IMG/VR virus record: IMGVR_UViG_3300005253_000946
DNA: 64,000 nucleotides
Direction: 5' to 3' (one strand)
Source of the DNA: a virus
A model generated the notes under the pieces. The model saw only the letters and a list, made by a program, of their open reading frames with translations, searched no databases and was not told where the DNA came from. A program made the position numbers and the translations under genes. Position 1 is the first letter of the stretch; each line of letters starts with the position of its first letter. This document shows positions 1 through 9,629 of this stretch, piece by piece.

Positions 1-330
1 AAGATTAAAGAAGCTATTCAACCGGTGTATGAATTCACCAATAAACTAAAAAGAAACCTGGTAAAAGAGGCTGCTGTAGTTCCAGATGAAGCGTCAGTAG
101 ATGCGATACTATCATTAAGTTTTATCAATCCCGACAACATAAATGTCTTTATTGAATCTCTACCTCAGTTAAAAGTTATTCAGTCTAGATTATCTGAGTT
201 ACTTATTGGGGTAAGGTTAGGTATTCCTTCTATTCCTGAGTCCGCTGTCCGTAGAGCTATTACAGCTATAGATGAGGTAATGAAAGGCCTCTCAGTATTA
301 GAGCAGCAGAATAGGACACTGCTGACCTAA
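1..330 (+). CDS. C-terminal part of a 5'-truncated conserved phage (probable virion) protein
   Basis: Frame 1 is open from base 1 (KIKEAIQPVYEF...) and carries KEA motifs like the downstream virion proteins. Confidence 0.6.
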   Translation, partial: KIKEAIQPVYEFTNKLKRNLVKEAAVVPDEASVDAILSLSFINPDNINVFIESLPQLKVIQSRLSELLIGVRLGIPSIPESAVRRAITAIDEVMKGLSVLEQQNRTLLT

Positions 331-331
331 C

Positions 332-1237
332 GTGAGAGTACCGTCTACACAGTATAGACTTCCATTTGAGTATTTTATTAAGTGGTTGATCTCTACCGGG
401 GTCTTCCAGTTAACAGATATTAATGCACAACTGAAGCAGTATCTTTGCCCAGAGTTGTCTGATGAAGTTTTCGCTCCAATACAGATACAAGTAGGTAGCT
501 GTCCTGTATCCGAAAAATTACAGAGCGTTACAAACCCTTCCTATAAACAATGGTTAACGAGTTTAGGTGTGTTGTCTCTACACTACCCATCTAGATCTGC
601 CAAGAAGTTGGCATCACTAGCTTCTGACTGGGACTTTTGGAGAGCTTTTACGTCTTACATGTTCTACTACAGACGTCTTAGATCACCGAATATTTTTCAT
701 ATGTTTAGAGATAGTTTGGTGGGTAGAGACTTCGATGTGACGATAGAAGATATTAAAATGTTCTACTACTATTTTTGTAATGATTCTATAATGACAGATG
801 CTTCCTGGTCTCAGTTTAGACACATAAGCCCTTATCAGAGAATTGTATCTATAGGACTAAGTCCTCACTCTAGCGATCCTGTGATGTTGGCTAAGTGTCT
901 GGGAGAGGTGACATTTGTAGACCCAAGTACTACTCTTAAAATGATGATGGCTGACTTACATGCTGCCTATGTGGAGGTTTCTGATATACCTCCTATATTA
1001 GGATCTGGTGTAGACGGTAGAGCTATTAGAGGAAGAAAAGAAATTGTTGAGACTTACCTCAAGCTACACGAAGTGTATATAGAATCAGAAGACAGATCAG
1101 AAAATATTATAGAAGACATGAGTATTTTTATCGAAGAGAATACAGCGCCCACACTCACCAGCCTGTCCGAACTTAGAGATGGTAATCTGTTACCAGATGC
1201 TGTTAGAGAAGACAGGCTACTACCAGCAGGAGATTAA
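332..1237 (+). CDS. hypothetical protein (terminase small subunit candidate by position only)
   Basis: 301-aa ORF with GTG start coupled to the previous stop, upstream of terL. Confidence 0.55.
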   Translation: MRVPSTQYRLPFEYFIKWLISTGVFQLTDINAQLKQYLCPELSDEVFAPIQIQVGSCPVSEKLQSVTNPSYKQWLTSLGVLSLHYPSRSAKKLASLASDWDFWRAFTSYMFYYRRLRSPNIFHMFRDSLVGRDFDVTIEDIKMFYYYFCNDSIMTDASWSQFRHISPYQRIVSIGLSPHSSDPVMLAKCLGEVTFVDPSTTLKMMMADLHAAYVEVSDIPPILGSGVDGRAIRGRKEIVETYLKLHEVYIESEDRSENIIEDMSIFIEENTAPTLTSLSELRDGNLLPDAVREDRLLPAGD

Positions 1238-1656
1238 TGATGACTAAAGACAATGGAGCTTTAATAGAAAGCCAAAGAACACCGACAGAAGCACTGAGCC
1301 AGATTATACCTAGATTTGTCTCTAAAAAAGGAGACACTATAACTCTGGATATAACTACCAGAGGAGAGGACGTTCAATACTCCTTGTTTCCGTCTGGTAA
1401 ATATTTCAGAAATATACACGATACCAGTGTTCAAATAGATACAGTATTTGGAGAGTTGTTAGGGGTTAAACCTGTAGTGACTTTCGATAAGACAGGGTAC
1501 CCTATCCCTGCGACATTCGATGCAGGGGATGAGAGCTTGGATCAACCAGCTCACTGTTTCTTTATTGATCTCAAAGGGTTTAAGAGTAAAGCTATAGCAG
1601 ATGAACAGATGTTTGTAGAGAGGATCTTCGAACAGCTATCTACTAGGGTTCGGTAA
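1237..1656 (+). CDS. hypothetical protein
   Basis: 139-aa ORF, TAATG coupling to the upstream gene. Confidence 0.6.
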   Translation: MMTKDNGALIESQRTPTEALSQIIPRFVSKKGDTITLDITTRGEDVQYSLFPSGKYFRNIHDTSVQIDTVFGELLGVKPVVTFDKTGYPIPATFDAGDESLDQPAHCFFIDLKGFKSKAIADEQMFVERIFEQLSTRVR

Positions 1657-2032
1657 AATCCCTTTTGTTGTAGACATCGATTAGTGAAATGAAGTAGGCA
1701 CCTTCTCTAATCACAAAATCGTTGTGTTTAGAGAGACTGTCTTTAACTTCATCACAGACCCTTAATGCCTCTACTCTAGCGTCACTTGTGTCACTTTTTT
1801 CTGTACGAGGTATGTCTGATCGAACTATAATCTCCAATCTAACTATTTGGTTACTGGTGTTTATAGCTGAGACTATTACAACAAAGGTTACGCACTGTAA
1901 TTTCCCGGCATCTTTGCCTGGAATCTTGTGGTAGGTAAAATAAAATTCAGGCCTCACTCGTATAGGGTGGGCAGCATCTAGAAAAGGTATTTCTTCTGTG
2001 AAAGATTCTAGACTTGAAATATCGACATACAT
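1643..2032 (-). CDS. hypothetical protein
   Basis: 129-aa ORF filling the gap before terL on the opposite strand. Confidence 0.5.
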   Translation of the reverse strand: MYVDISSLESFTEEIPFLDAAHPIRVRPEFYFTYHKIPGKDAGKLQCVTFVVIVSAINTSNQIVRLEIIVRSDIPRTEKSDTSDARVEALRVCDEVKDSLSKHNDFVIREGAYFISLIDVYNKRDFTEP

Positions 2033-2048
2033 TATATAGGCTCCTTCT

Positions 2049-3671
2049 ATGCGTGTTGTAGACCATATAAATAAAAAAAGAACTGAACGACTCCCAGTAA
2101 AGTTATCTAATTTTGTGGAGTACGCTATCCTTGTAGACGGTAAGGTTATGGATTTTACTAACAGACCTTACTTGAGAGAGATTTATGACACCAGTGCCAG
2201 AGAGATTTTATTAATGTGTGGTCGGCAGGTTGAGAAATCTACATCTAGTGGTAACAAAATGTTGAGTAGGAGTATCATAAACTCTTATAGAAAAAGCGTC
2301 TATACAGCCCCTACCCAACCACAGGTAAGACAATTCTCCGATGATAGGCTAAAAGAACCTATGACATCGTCCCCTAACTTAGCCCCGTTTACAAATACTT
2401 CACTCCTTAAGAATGTGTTTGAGAAGAGGTTCGCTACTAGATCTAAAATAACTTTGAGGTCCGCACATCTTAACGCTGACCGTGTTCGTGGTATACCAGC
2501 TGACGATATCTACATCGATGAGATTCAAGATGTAGCCGTAGACGGTATACCTGTTATTAGAGAATGTGCTGCGAACTCTCCTGACCCTAAGTTTCAATAC
2601 TCAGGAACCCCTAAAACAAAAGACAACACAATCCATGAGTATTGGCAACGCTCTACTATGAAAGAGTGGATGATACCTTGTGGGTGTAAAAAATGGTATT
2701 GGAATTTACCTGGGGAAGATAATATAGGTACTACCGGGTTGATATGTAGTAACTGCGGTAAGCGTATAAACCCATTGAATGGTCAGTGGATTAGGACAGG
2801 TAGGGAATTAGGTACAGAAGCCCACCAGACGTTCGTAGAAGGCTTCAGAATACCTCAGATAATAGTTCCATCCCATCAACCCTTAAGTAAATGGATAGAA
2901 ATCCTCAATAAACAGCGTAACTACCCTATAGCAAAGTTCTATAATGAAGTTTTAGCACTCCCATTCGATTTAGGTGCTAAACCTATTACTCTAGAAGAAC
3001 TTCAAAACACATGTGACCCCGGCCGGTCTAATACACCATACCCTACAACAGGGGTAGCTGCGGCCCCCACTTATGCAGGTATTGATTGGGGTGAAGGTTC
3101 GGGTGAAGGAGGATTCTCTGTTCTTACAATAGGGGTAGCTAATTCTATAAATAGAGGTATAGATGTCTTGTTTATAAAGAGGTATGAAGGCAGAGAGGCT
3201 CTACCTGAAGTAATGATTCCAGACATGGCTAAGTATATTAATATGTACAATTGTAACAGGGTAGGAGCTGATTATGGATTTGGATTTGGACTTAATGACA
3301 GACTAGCTAAGATGATTGGGTATGAAAGATTCTTTAGATACCAGTACACAGGTGCACAAAGAGAGAAGGTAAGGTGGAATGATAAGATCGGCCGCTTTGT
3401 TCTAAACAGAACTTCTATTATGAGCTACATGTTTGAATTACTTAAGAGAGGGCAACAAAAAGGGCCTGGTCTTAGACTATTTAAATGGAAGGACTTTGAA
3501 CCTTTCGCTAAAGACGTCCTCTCTATATTTTCAGAAGAGAACACTTCACTACATATGAAGGTGTACAGTAAAACCCCAGGCAAGCCTGATGACACATTTC
3601 ACTCAATCACATACATGGTACTCGTATCACTACTCGATTTTATGCGTGAAGATTTCATTCAGTCAGACTAA
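2049..3671 (+). CDS. terL: terminase large subunit (GpA-like ATPase plus RNase H-like nuclease)
   Basis: Walker A-like CGRQVEKST, Walker B IYIDEIQD, coupling motif YSGTPKT, CxC/CxxC insert, nuclease acidic motifs YAGIDWG and KPDDTFH. Confidence 0.9.
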   Translation: MRVVDHINKKRTERLPVKLSNFVEYAILVDGKVMDFTNRPYLREIYDTSAREILLMCGRQVEKSTSSGNKMLSRSIINSYRKSVYTAPTQPQVRQFSDDRLKEPMTSSPNLAPFTNTSLLKNVFEKRFATRSKITLRSAHLNADRVRGIPADDIYIDEIQDVAVDGIPVIRECAANSPDPKFQYSGTPKTKDNTIHEYWQRSTMKEWMIPCGCKKWYWNLPGEDNIGTTGLICSNCGKRINPLNGQWIRTGRELGTEAHQTFVEGFRIPQIIVPSHQPLSKWIEILNKQRNYPIAKFYNEVLALPFDLGAKPITLEELQNTCDPGRSNTPYPTTGVAAAPTYAGIDWGEGSGEGGFSVLTIGVANSINRGIDVLFIKRYEGREALPEVMIPDMAKYINMYNCNRVGADYGFGFGLNDRLAKMIGYERFFRYQYTGAQREKVRWNDKIGRFVLNRTSIMSYMFELLKRGQQKGPGLRLFKWKDFEPFAKDVLSIFSEENTSLHMKVYSKTPGKPDDTFHSITYMVLVSLLDFMREDFIQSD

Positions 3672-3761
3672 AAAAATCGCATAAGCTAAAGGAACCATAT
3701 AAATGATTCCCCTGCCAAGCCTTGCGAGGGCTTGCGCTATTCAATTGTAAGGCACGAGTAT

Positions 3762-3983
3762 CTAACCGGCGTCGATGTCGCCACCACGGATTTTACGATA
3801 CCCGCCCCGGATGAGTCCGAGGAACGATGCGTAAGAACCGACGTGAATGATCACTTCGTCGACAACAGAAAATACTTCTTTGGTTACTGCCCAGATGGCG
3901 GCAGAACTTTGAAGATCTTCTAATGGTTTACTGTTCGTGGCCTTATCTTTAGCTGCTGCTGCTGTGCTCATAGGATCCTCCAT
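3762..3983 (-). CDS. small hypothetical protein
   Basis: 73-aa ORF directly downstream of the conserved promoter-like motif at 3995-4027. Confidence 0.5.
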   Translation of the reverse strand: MEDPMSTAAAAKDKATNSKPLEDLQSSAAIWAVTKEVFSVVDEVIIHVGSYASFLGLIRGGYRKIRGGDIDAG

Positions 3984-3994
3984 AAGCGTTAAGG

Positions 3995-4027
3995 TGAGTG
4001 ATTTTCCTTCACAATTCTTATAACACT
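3995..4027 (-). promoter_or_regulatory. conserved promoter/leader motif, copy 1 (AGTGTTATAAGAATTGTGAAGGAAAATCACTCA)
   Basis: Near-identical motif at four intergenic sites, each just upstream of a co-oriented gene. Confidence 0.6.
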
Positions 4028-4067
4028 AAATCTTTAAATATTTCAGTTTAAAGGAGACATCAAATAA

Positions 4068-5060
4068 ATGAGTAAACCTAGACACCCAAGGGTAGGTATT
4101 TACAATAGTTTACAAGCTAAGATGGTAGAACTGACAGAGAACACCAATCCAGGATTCTTTCAAGTGTATATAGGTGAGCATGGCTTCGTCCAAAATCATC
4201 TTAAAGTTTTAAAGGGTGCTAAGTTATCTGTATACTTAGCTCTTTGTGAGCACATGAATATCAAAGGTGAAGCTTTCCCGTCTAATAAATATTTAAGTGA
4301 GCTTACAGGGTATTCTTTAAAGTCTATTATTAGAGCTAAAAAACAATTAGATGACTCAGGATTTATTAGAAGACGTATTATAAGAGGTAGGACTATATGT
4401 TCCCTAAACCATGATATAGAGGTATATGACAAAAGTTCCCTAGGGACAAAAGTTCCTATAGGAGGGGACAAAAGTTCTAACAAACAAGAAGCTAGTAGGG
4501 ACAAAAGTTCCTATACTATAGGACAAAACTTCCTCTATAACTATAAGAATACTCTTTCTAAAGTAACAGAAGAGAGATGGTTCTTCTCCGAGGAATTTAC
4601 TTTGGTCTACGAAATTATAACAAGGATGATGGAAGGTGATGCAGACTATTCAGGTAAGTTTATGGAATCAGTTAGTTGGGTATTGAAGCATCCAAAACTT
4701 TTGTCTCGTATATCCCATACCCCTATAGAGGAGCGTCATCTTAATACAGTAGAAGAAAGAGTTGTATTGAGTGTTCATAAATTTCTACTCTTGTTTCATT
4801 CCTTACATCATTTAGATTCTAAAACAGGAAGTGGTTTACCTGTAGTCGATAGGTTAGGGGTTAATACTTTGATTTATATACTAATCACACTTTCGGAAGT
4901 ACAGGAAACTTTTGTTTGTAAATTTTCGGAAGTGACTGTTGAGTTTTGTAAATGGTTATGGGATGAAAAGTTACCGAGGATACAAACCAGTAACTTAGGT
5001 ATTATGAAATCTCTTGTTGATGAATTTAAAAGATACGGGGCAGATAAATATTTAGAATAG
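4068..5060 (+). CDS. N-terminal winged-HTH protein, putative replication initiator
   Basis: LSVYLALCEHMNIKGEAFPSNKYLSELTGYSLKSIIRAKKQLDDSGFIRR resembles HTH_36-type phage initiators; internal direct repeats follow the HTH. Confidence 0.7.
   Translation: MSKPRHPRVGIYNSLQAKMVELTENTNPGFFQVYIGEHGFVQNHLKVLKGAKLSVYLALCEHMNIKGEAFPSNKYLSELTGYSLKSIIRAKKQLDDSGFIRRRIIRGRTICSLNHDIEVYDKSSLGTKVPIGGDKSSNKQEASRDKSSYTIGQNFLYNYKNTLSKVTEERWFFSEEFTLVYEIITRMMEGDADYSGKFMESVSWVLKHPKLLSRISHTPIEERHLNTVEERVVLSVHKFLLLFHSLHHLDSKTGSGLPVVDRLGVNTLIYILITLSEVQETFVCKFSEVTVEFCKWLWDEKLPRIQTSNLGIMKSLVDEFKRYGADKYLE
4428..4533 (+). repeat. five 12-bp direct repeats GACAAAAGTTCC (iteron-like, candidate origin)
   Basis: Copies start at 4428, 4445, 4467, 4500 and 4522 (0-1 mismatch each). 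Confidence 0.85.
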
Positions 5061-5831
5061 TGCTCTTAAGGAATTGTCTTTGTAATGGTGGATGACAAAA
5101 TCGTCCATTGCATCTCCAATTGTTCTAGTTTCTACTAAGAGTTGAGACATTCTTTTAGCGTATGTGTTTGATTTCCGATTGGCCATATTTATTAAGGCTA
5201 TCGCTGATCGTATATTTCTCCTACCTGTATCTAACTTAGTCGAAAGATTCTTTGCTACAAGGCTTTGGTGAAAGGATGGTTTGCTCGATAGAAATGATGC
5301 CATCGACAAGTTTAATTTAAGTAGTGGAACCCAAGGGTTTTGTAACCCAACTTCTAACATACGTTGGAGGTCTACTTCGGTTATAGACTTCATTAAGGTA
5401 GCCCAGACATTTATTTTATTATCGTCCCAGCTAGTAAAAGTTAATTCAGATACTGCTGCAGAGAGTATAGTTTTATACCCTTCGCCTTTATTTTTTAGCT
5501 CTTTAAATAAGGGGTCCGATAATTTAGGGTCATAGAGCTGGGCTATAGCTATAAACTCATTTACTAGATTTGAAGTAGCTTCCATCTCTTCTTCTACTTT
5601 AGAGATCTTTTCTTCTACCTCTTCTCTAAGTAACATCACCTTCTGGTCGACAGCATCACCAAAACCAAAAGTGTTACTGTAAGCCTCGACATCTCTGAGT
5701 CTTACCAGCTTAGTCCCTTTTTTAGCCTTCTTTGTTAAAAATACACCGTTATCGCAGTGATGGTATATAGAAGATCTAGATACTCCTGTGCTTTTATATG
5801 CCTCTTGGATAGTTACGAATCTATCTTCCAC
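5052..5831 (-). CDS. protein with N-terminal excisionase/AlpA-like HTH
   Basis: VTIQEAYKSTGVSRSSIYHHCDNG...RLVRLRDVE pattern. Confidence 0.6.
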   Translation of the reverse strand: MEDRFVTIQEAYKSTGVSRSSIYHHCDNGVFLTKKAKKGTKLVRLRDVEAYSNTFGFGDAVDQKVMLLREEVEEKISKVEEEMEATSNLVNEFIAIAQLYDPKLSDPLFKELKNKGEGYKTILSAAVSELTFTSWDDNKINVWATLMKSITEVDLQRMLEVGLQNPWVPLLKLNLSMASFLSSKPSFHQSLVAKNLSTKLDTGRRNIRSAIALINMANRKSNTYAKRMSQLLVETRTIGDAMDDFVIHHYKDNSLRALF

Positions 5832-5856
5832 AGTTTTTGCCTCCAGTTACATGTTC

Positions 5857-5885
5857 TTGACAGTTGTGCGACCTAAATTTATCCT
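5857..5885 (+). promoter_or_regulatory. sigma70-like promoter upstream of the head operon
   Basis: TTGACA (5857-5862), 17-bp spacer, TATCCT (5880-5885). Confidence 0.6.
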
Positions 5886-5934
5886 ACAGATGTAGGAATG
5901 TTGTTTTCAACCCTAATAGCTTAAAGGATATCTC

Positions 5935-6831
5935 ATGGTGAGTCTAGTATCTACTTCTACTACTTCTTCGTTACACAACGATAGTGACAACCTCAAGTCT
6001 ATTGGCGAGAAAGCCAAGGATATTGCTATAGCTACTGGCGCTGCTTTGAATGATTCAATCATCCAAGCTGTGGGTGACACAAAACTGAATCCACAAGAGC
6101 TGCGTAGGGTAATTGAGAGCGCAAATAAATCTACTTTCTCTCATATGTTTAGTGCAGAGGCGGATAAAACGTTTGAGTTCCCTCTAGCTTCATTCGATGG
6201 TGTGAACGGTGCATTAGAGAAAAATTTAAAAGCACCAGGGGTTAAGCCTTTAGAGGCCTCTCCTTCTAAAGACCGTCCCTGGACTCCATCAGCTGAAAAG
6301 GATGATAAAGATATGGAGATGTTATTTTCTGGTGTAGGTAAAGATGACGGTAATAAGACGGTAGAATATGAGAAGACAGCTTCAGCAAGAACAGCCTCTG
6401 TTACATTGAGTGATTTAAATAGAGCAGAGAATCTACTCGACAACAAAGTTCGTGAAGTAGATAATTACTACTATGATGCTGTAGAGGATTTCTATAAAGA
6501 AGCTAAATCTCATATCCTGGACCATAATGGCTCAGTGTTTGACGTAGCCGCAGCAATGAACTCAGTGGACCCTTCTGTAGCTAAAGAATACTTTCCTATA
6601 GTTTTATCTAAGCTTGCTTCAAACAAAGTCATCAGGAAAGATAAGCTTATTAAAGAAGCTGGGTCTGTAGAAGATGATTTCATCTTACAGGAAGTTAATC
6701 CAGAACACCCTCTGGTTATGAAGTTTAACTCTTTAGTTAAACTGGCATACTCAAAATTATTTTTTATGAACTCTAAGCGTCAAATTAAGGACGCTAAAAC
6801 TTATGTGTTAGATAGAATACGTGGGTTATGA
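5935..6831 (+). CDS. putative head-associated protein with K-x-A motifs
   Basis: 298 aa; EKTAS, YKEA, IKEAG, VKLA; first gene of the head operon. Confidence 0.65.
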   Translation: MVSLVSTSTTSSLHNDSDNLKSIGEKAKDIAIATGAALNDSIIQAVGDTKLNPQELRRVIESANKSTFSHMFSAEADKTFEFPLASFDGVNGALEKNLKAPGVKPLEASPSKDRPWTPSAEKDDKDMEMLFSGVGKDDGNKTVEYEKTASARTASVTLSDLNRAENLLDNKVREVDNYYYDAVEDFYKEAKSHILDHNGSVFDVAAAMNSVDPSVAKEYFPIVLSKLASNKVIRKDKLIKEAGSVEDDFILQEVNPEHPLVMKFNSLVKLAYSKLFFMNSKRQIKDAKTYVLDRIRGL

Positions 6832-7181
6832 ATCAAGCGATGTTAGAAGGGTTCTGTGATGAACTTATTAAAGAGTCTGGCTTAGCTGTTTGGGGTGCCA
6901 AGAAAGCTATAGGGATAGGATCTAAACTTCTTAAGGGTGTTGGTAAAGTTACTGGTGGAACTACTAGGGCAGTTACTGGCGCTCCTAAAAATATAGGTAA
7001 AGAAATGCTTAAAGATCCTGCCCGAGTTCTTAAACGTATGGGTAAACGTACTATGGGTGTAGGCATGGGAGGGTTGATAGGGATGGAAGGAATATCGGCA
7101 GCTCAAAAGGCTGGAAGAACTATTAAATCAGGGGCCAGGTATAGTGCCCCTCAACCGACTACGATCAGGAGATATCGATAA
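6828..7181 (+). CDS. basic Gly-rich putative internal virion protein with leader GFCDELIKES
   Basis: Leader shared with paralogues; Lys/Gly-rich body. Confidence 0.65.
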   Translation: MNQAMLEGFCDELIKESGLAVWGAKKAIGIGSKLLKGVGKVTGGTTRAVTGAPKNIGKEMLKDPARVLKRMGKRTMGVGMGGLIGMEGISAAQKAGRTIKSGARYSAPQPTTIRRYR

Positions 7182-7837
7182 TGCCAAAGATACCAACAGG
7201 TGGAGCATTTTCTAGGTTCTGGCAAGGATTTAAATCAGGCCCGAAAGCTGAAGTGGTTGGAACCGCCGCAGCACAAACGATGGCGACTATGCCAGCAGCT
7301 ATTATTGGTAGCATTCTCGGTGGTGGAGTTGTTGTTAGTGGCCAAGTTGCTGCCGAAAGTATTGGAGGAGCAATCCAAAAATCTAGATCCTATAAAGCTA
7401 TGCTCAATCATTCACCGGAGTTAGCTAAAAAGGTGAATCGTGATAAAGTCGAGAAGTATTTTAATTCTATTTGGAATTTTAATCCTCAAGTAGCTAGAGA
7501 CCCTATTGCATCTTCAGCTGCAGTAAAAAGGATGTTAGGTGTCCATGACGAAGAGCATCTAGAATTACTTACCGGTATGGGTAAGATGTATCAAGAGCCT
7601 AAACCATTTATGCATCCTGGGACACAGGCTATAATGTCCGGTACTTTAAGTGCGGGACTCGGAGCTTTTGTACCTAAATATAAAGACCTTCATCCAGCAC
7701 CAACAGGTGTGAGGAGACCAGAAAATTTTCCAGAAGATGCTACTCAGGTAAATCAGACTCGTCCTGGAGGTATGACTAAATCAGCTTCGGCACGAACTAG
7801 CTTCCTGTGCAACGTAGGTAAAGCTTTTAATGGATAA
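7181..7837 (+). CDS. putative virion protein with Gly-rich hydrophobic segments
   Basis: 218 aa; AAIIGSILGGGVVVSG segment; C-terminal TKSAS. Confidence 0.6.
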   Translation: MPKIPTGGAFSRFWQGFKSGPKAEVVGTAAAQTMATMPAAIIGSILGGGVVVSGQVAAESIGGAIQKSRSYKAMLNHSPELAKKVNRDKVEKYFNSIWNFNPQVARDPIASSAAVKRMLGVHDEEHLELLTGMGKMYQEPKPFMHPGTQAIMSGTLSAGLGAFVPKYKDLHPAPTGVRRPENFPEDATQVNQTRPGGMTKSASARTSFLCNVGKAFNG

Positions 7838-9536
7838 ACGCCTCTTCTTCCCTTCTCGGATAGATGAGGAGGGAATGTATCAGTTATTTGTTACTGAGGT
7901 AGTGAACCCTGGAGATTTTTCTAAAGTTGCTACTGAATACGATCCTAAGATAGCTGCTTTAATTAAAGGTATTGTACCATCTCCAAGCTACACCTATGTT
8001 TTAGTAAATGCTTTAGGCGCTAGTGAGTTTTGGGGTTCGAATGTAAACGGGGATTCATTTCCTGAGAGAGGACTGGGTCACGAAGGTAATGGTTATGGAT
8101 ATAAAACATTCGAGTTATACGCTCGTCCATTCCCTCATCACCGTAACAAATCTGATGAGTTCGCTTTCGGAAAAGTTATGGCTTCTGTGTACAATACTCG
8201 TATGCATAGGGTCGAACTATTGCTGCAACTTGATGTTAAAAGGGCTAGGATTGTCGGTGCTGGTTATGTCATCAATAGGATACTTAAAGGAGAACTACCA
8301 GATGTCTCAATGGGCGCTAGAGTACCGTTTGATGTCTGCTCCATTTGCGGCCCCCCAATTGAGACTTTATGGGAATTACCAGTACAAGAAATCCTCAGAA
8401 GAGCTTACTTACCAAACAATAACCCACAAAAGTTCAACGGTATCGCCAAGCGATTCTCAGATTACTGCGAACACTTAAAAGGGTGTATAGGTAAGATATG
8501 GCACGACGGTAGAATTGTTACTGCTGTCAATATGTACCCGAAGTTTTTTGATATAAGTTTCGTCTTTATTGGTGCAGACTCTACTGCAAAAGTGTTACGA
8601 AAAGTAGCTACTGCAGGTCAACCTTTCTTTATGCCATCTGCTATGTTAGCTGAGCAGTTTGGTGTGTATAAAGGTCAAGAAAAGAGAGCAAACATCGGTA
8701 AAGTTGCTGAACTTATTAAAGATATTCCAGCTAAAGATGTACAAGTAATTAGGGGTACTTTGTCAAAAATGGACTCACTAACTTGTTGTGAGCCTGACAT
8801 AAATAAGAACACTCTTGACAATTTAAGTTCACAATTTCCTTTAAAGACTATTTTAGATTCTCTTGGGTACGGTGGTGTTCTAGTTAAACCTAGAGAGTTT
8901 CAAAGAATGGTGCTTGTTTCTAAAGGATATAAGGACGTTGCAGATGTTATGGATAGTAATAACGTTTGCTTTGATCCTCCAGCTAGAGATGAGTTACCCG
9001 CACCTACAAACAGTTCTTTAATACCTTCTTTTGATTCCTCTATTTTAGAATCCATTAAACAATTATTACCTCAAAGATCATTTTTTGGTCCAGCTTTAAA
9101 TAAGCGTGTGGTTGTTTTAAATATAAAGAAGGTAGCTCCTCCTTTAACTAAAACCGCATCATCAGATGTTCCGGACCAGTATAAACATATACTGGACGGA
9201 TTCTCTAAGATGTACGCCCAATACAGGTCGGACCTTATAAAGGTGGCGCATCTAGAGAGTATATCTAGACGCAACCCTTACTTGTTGGGTGCATTGGGTG
9301 TAGAGACTTCAGACGAACTTTGGAAGTTAGCTGCAGTAGGAGTTGACGCAAAAAAGGTTCCGTGGCAGGCTTTACTTGCTATTGTTCCTTTAACATATTT
9401 ATATGCTGCTCATTTAAAGAGAGCAGGTATTAAGAATAACGAGGAATTAAACGTGATACAGAAGTTTATTACTAACAATCCAAGTTTTACGTCAGCTACA
9501 TTATTTAATGTGAGCAAGGCGGCATTGAGGATTTAG
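7830..9536 (+). CDS. prohead (capsid maturation) protease, HK97/assemblin-type, with Zn-finger insert and long C-terminal extension
   Basis: NxNGDxF motif, His in PHHRNK, Ser in DVSMG, CSICG...CEHL insert, FDISFVxxGAD terminal strand; upstream of scaffold and capsid genes. Confidence 0.75.
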   Translation: MDKRLFFPSRIDEEGMYQLFVTEVVNPGDFSKVATEYDPKIAALIKGIVPSPSYTYVLVNALGASEFWGSNVNGDSFPERGLGHEGNGYGYKTFELYARPFPHHRNKSDEFAFGKVMASVYNTRMHRVELLLQLDVKRARIVGAGYVINRILKGELPDVSMGARVPFDVCSICGPPIETLWELPVQEILRRAYLPNNNPQKFNGIAKRFSDYCEHLKGCIGKIWHDGRIVTAVNMYPKFFDISFVFIGADSTAKVLRKVATAGQPFFMPSAMLAEQFGVYKGQEKRANIGKVAELIKDIPAKDVQVIRGTLSKMDSLTCCEPDINKNTLDNLSSQFPLKTILDSLGYGGVLVKPREFQRMVLVSKGYKDVADVMDSNNVCFDPPARDELPAPTNSSLIPSFDSSILESIKQLLPQRSFFGPALNKRVVVLNIKKVAPPLTKTASSDVPDQYKHILDGFSKMYAQYRSDLIKVAHLESISRRNPYLLGALGVETSDELWKLAAVGVDAKKVPWQALLAIVPLTYLYAAHLKRAGIKNNEELNVIQKFITNNPSFTSATLFNVSKAALRI

Positions 9537-9629
9537 TAATGAGTGTGTATCATGTGGATAGTTGTAAAGATTTGGCCTACACCCCTGGCCTTAAAAAACC
9601 AAACACAAGTTTTGTAGGAGAATAAAACA

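Noticed and set aside
5052-5831. Prophage integration module
   Set aside because: The excisionase-like HTH has no adjacent integrase or att-like repeat in the window.
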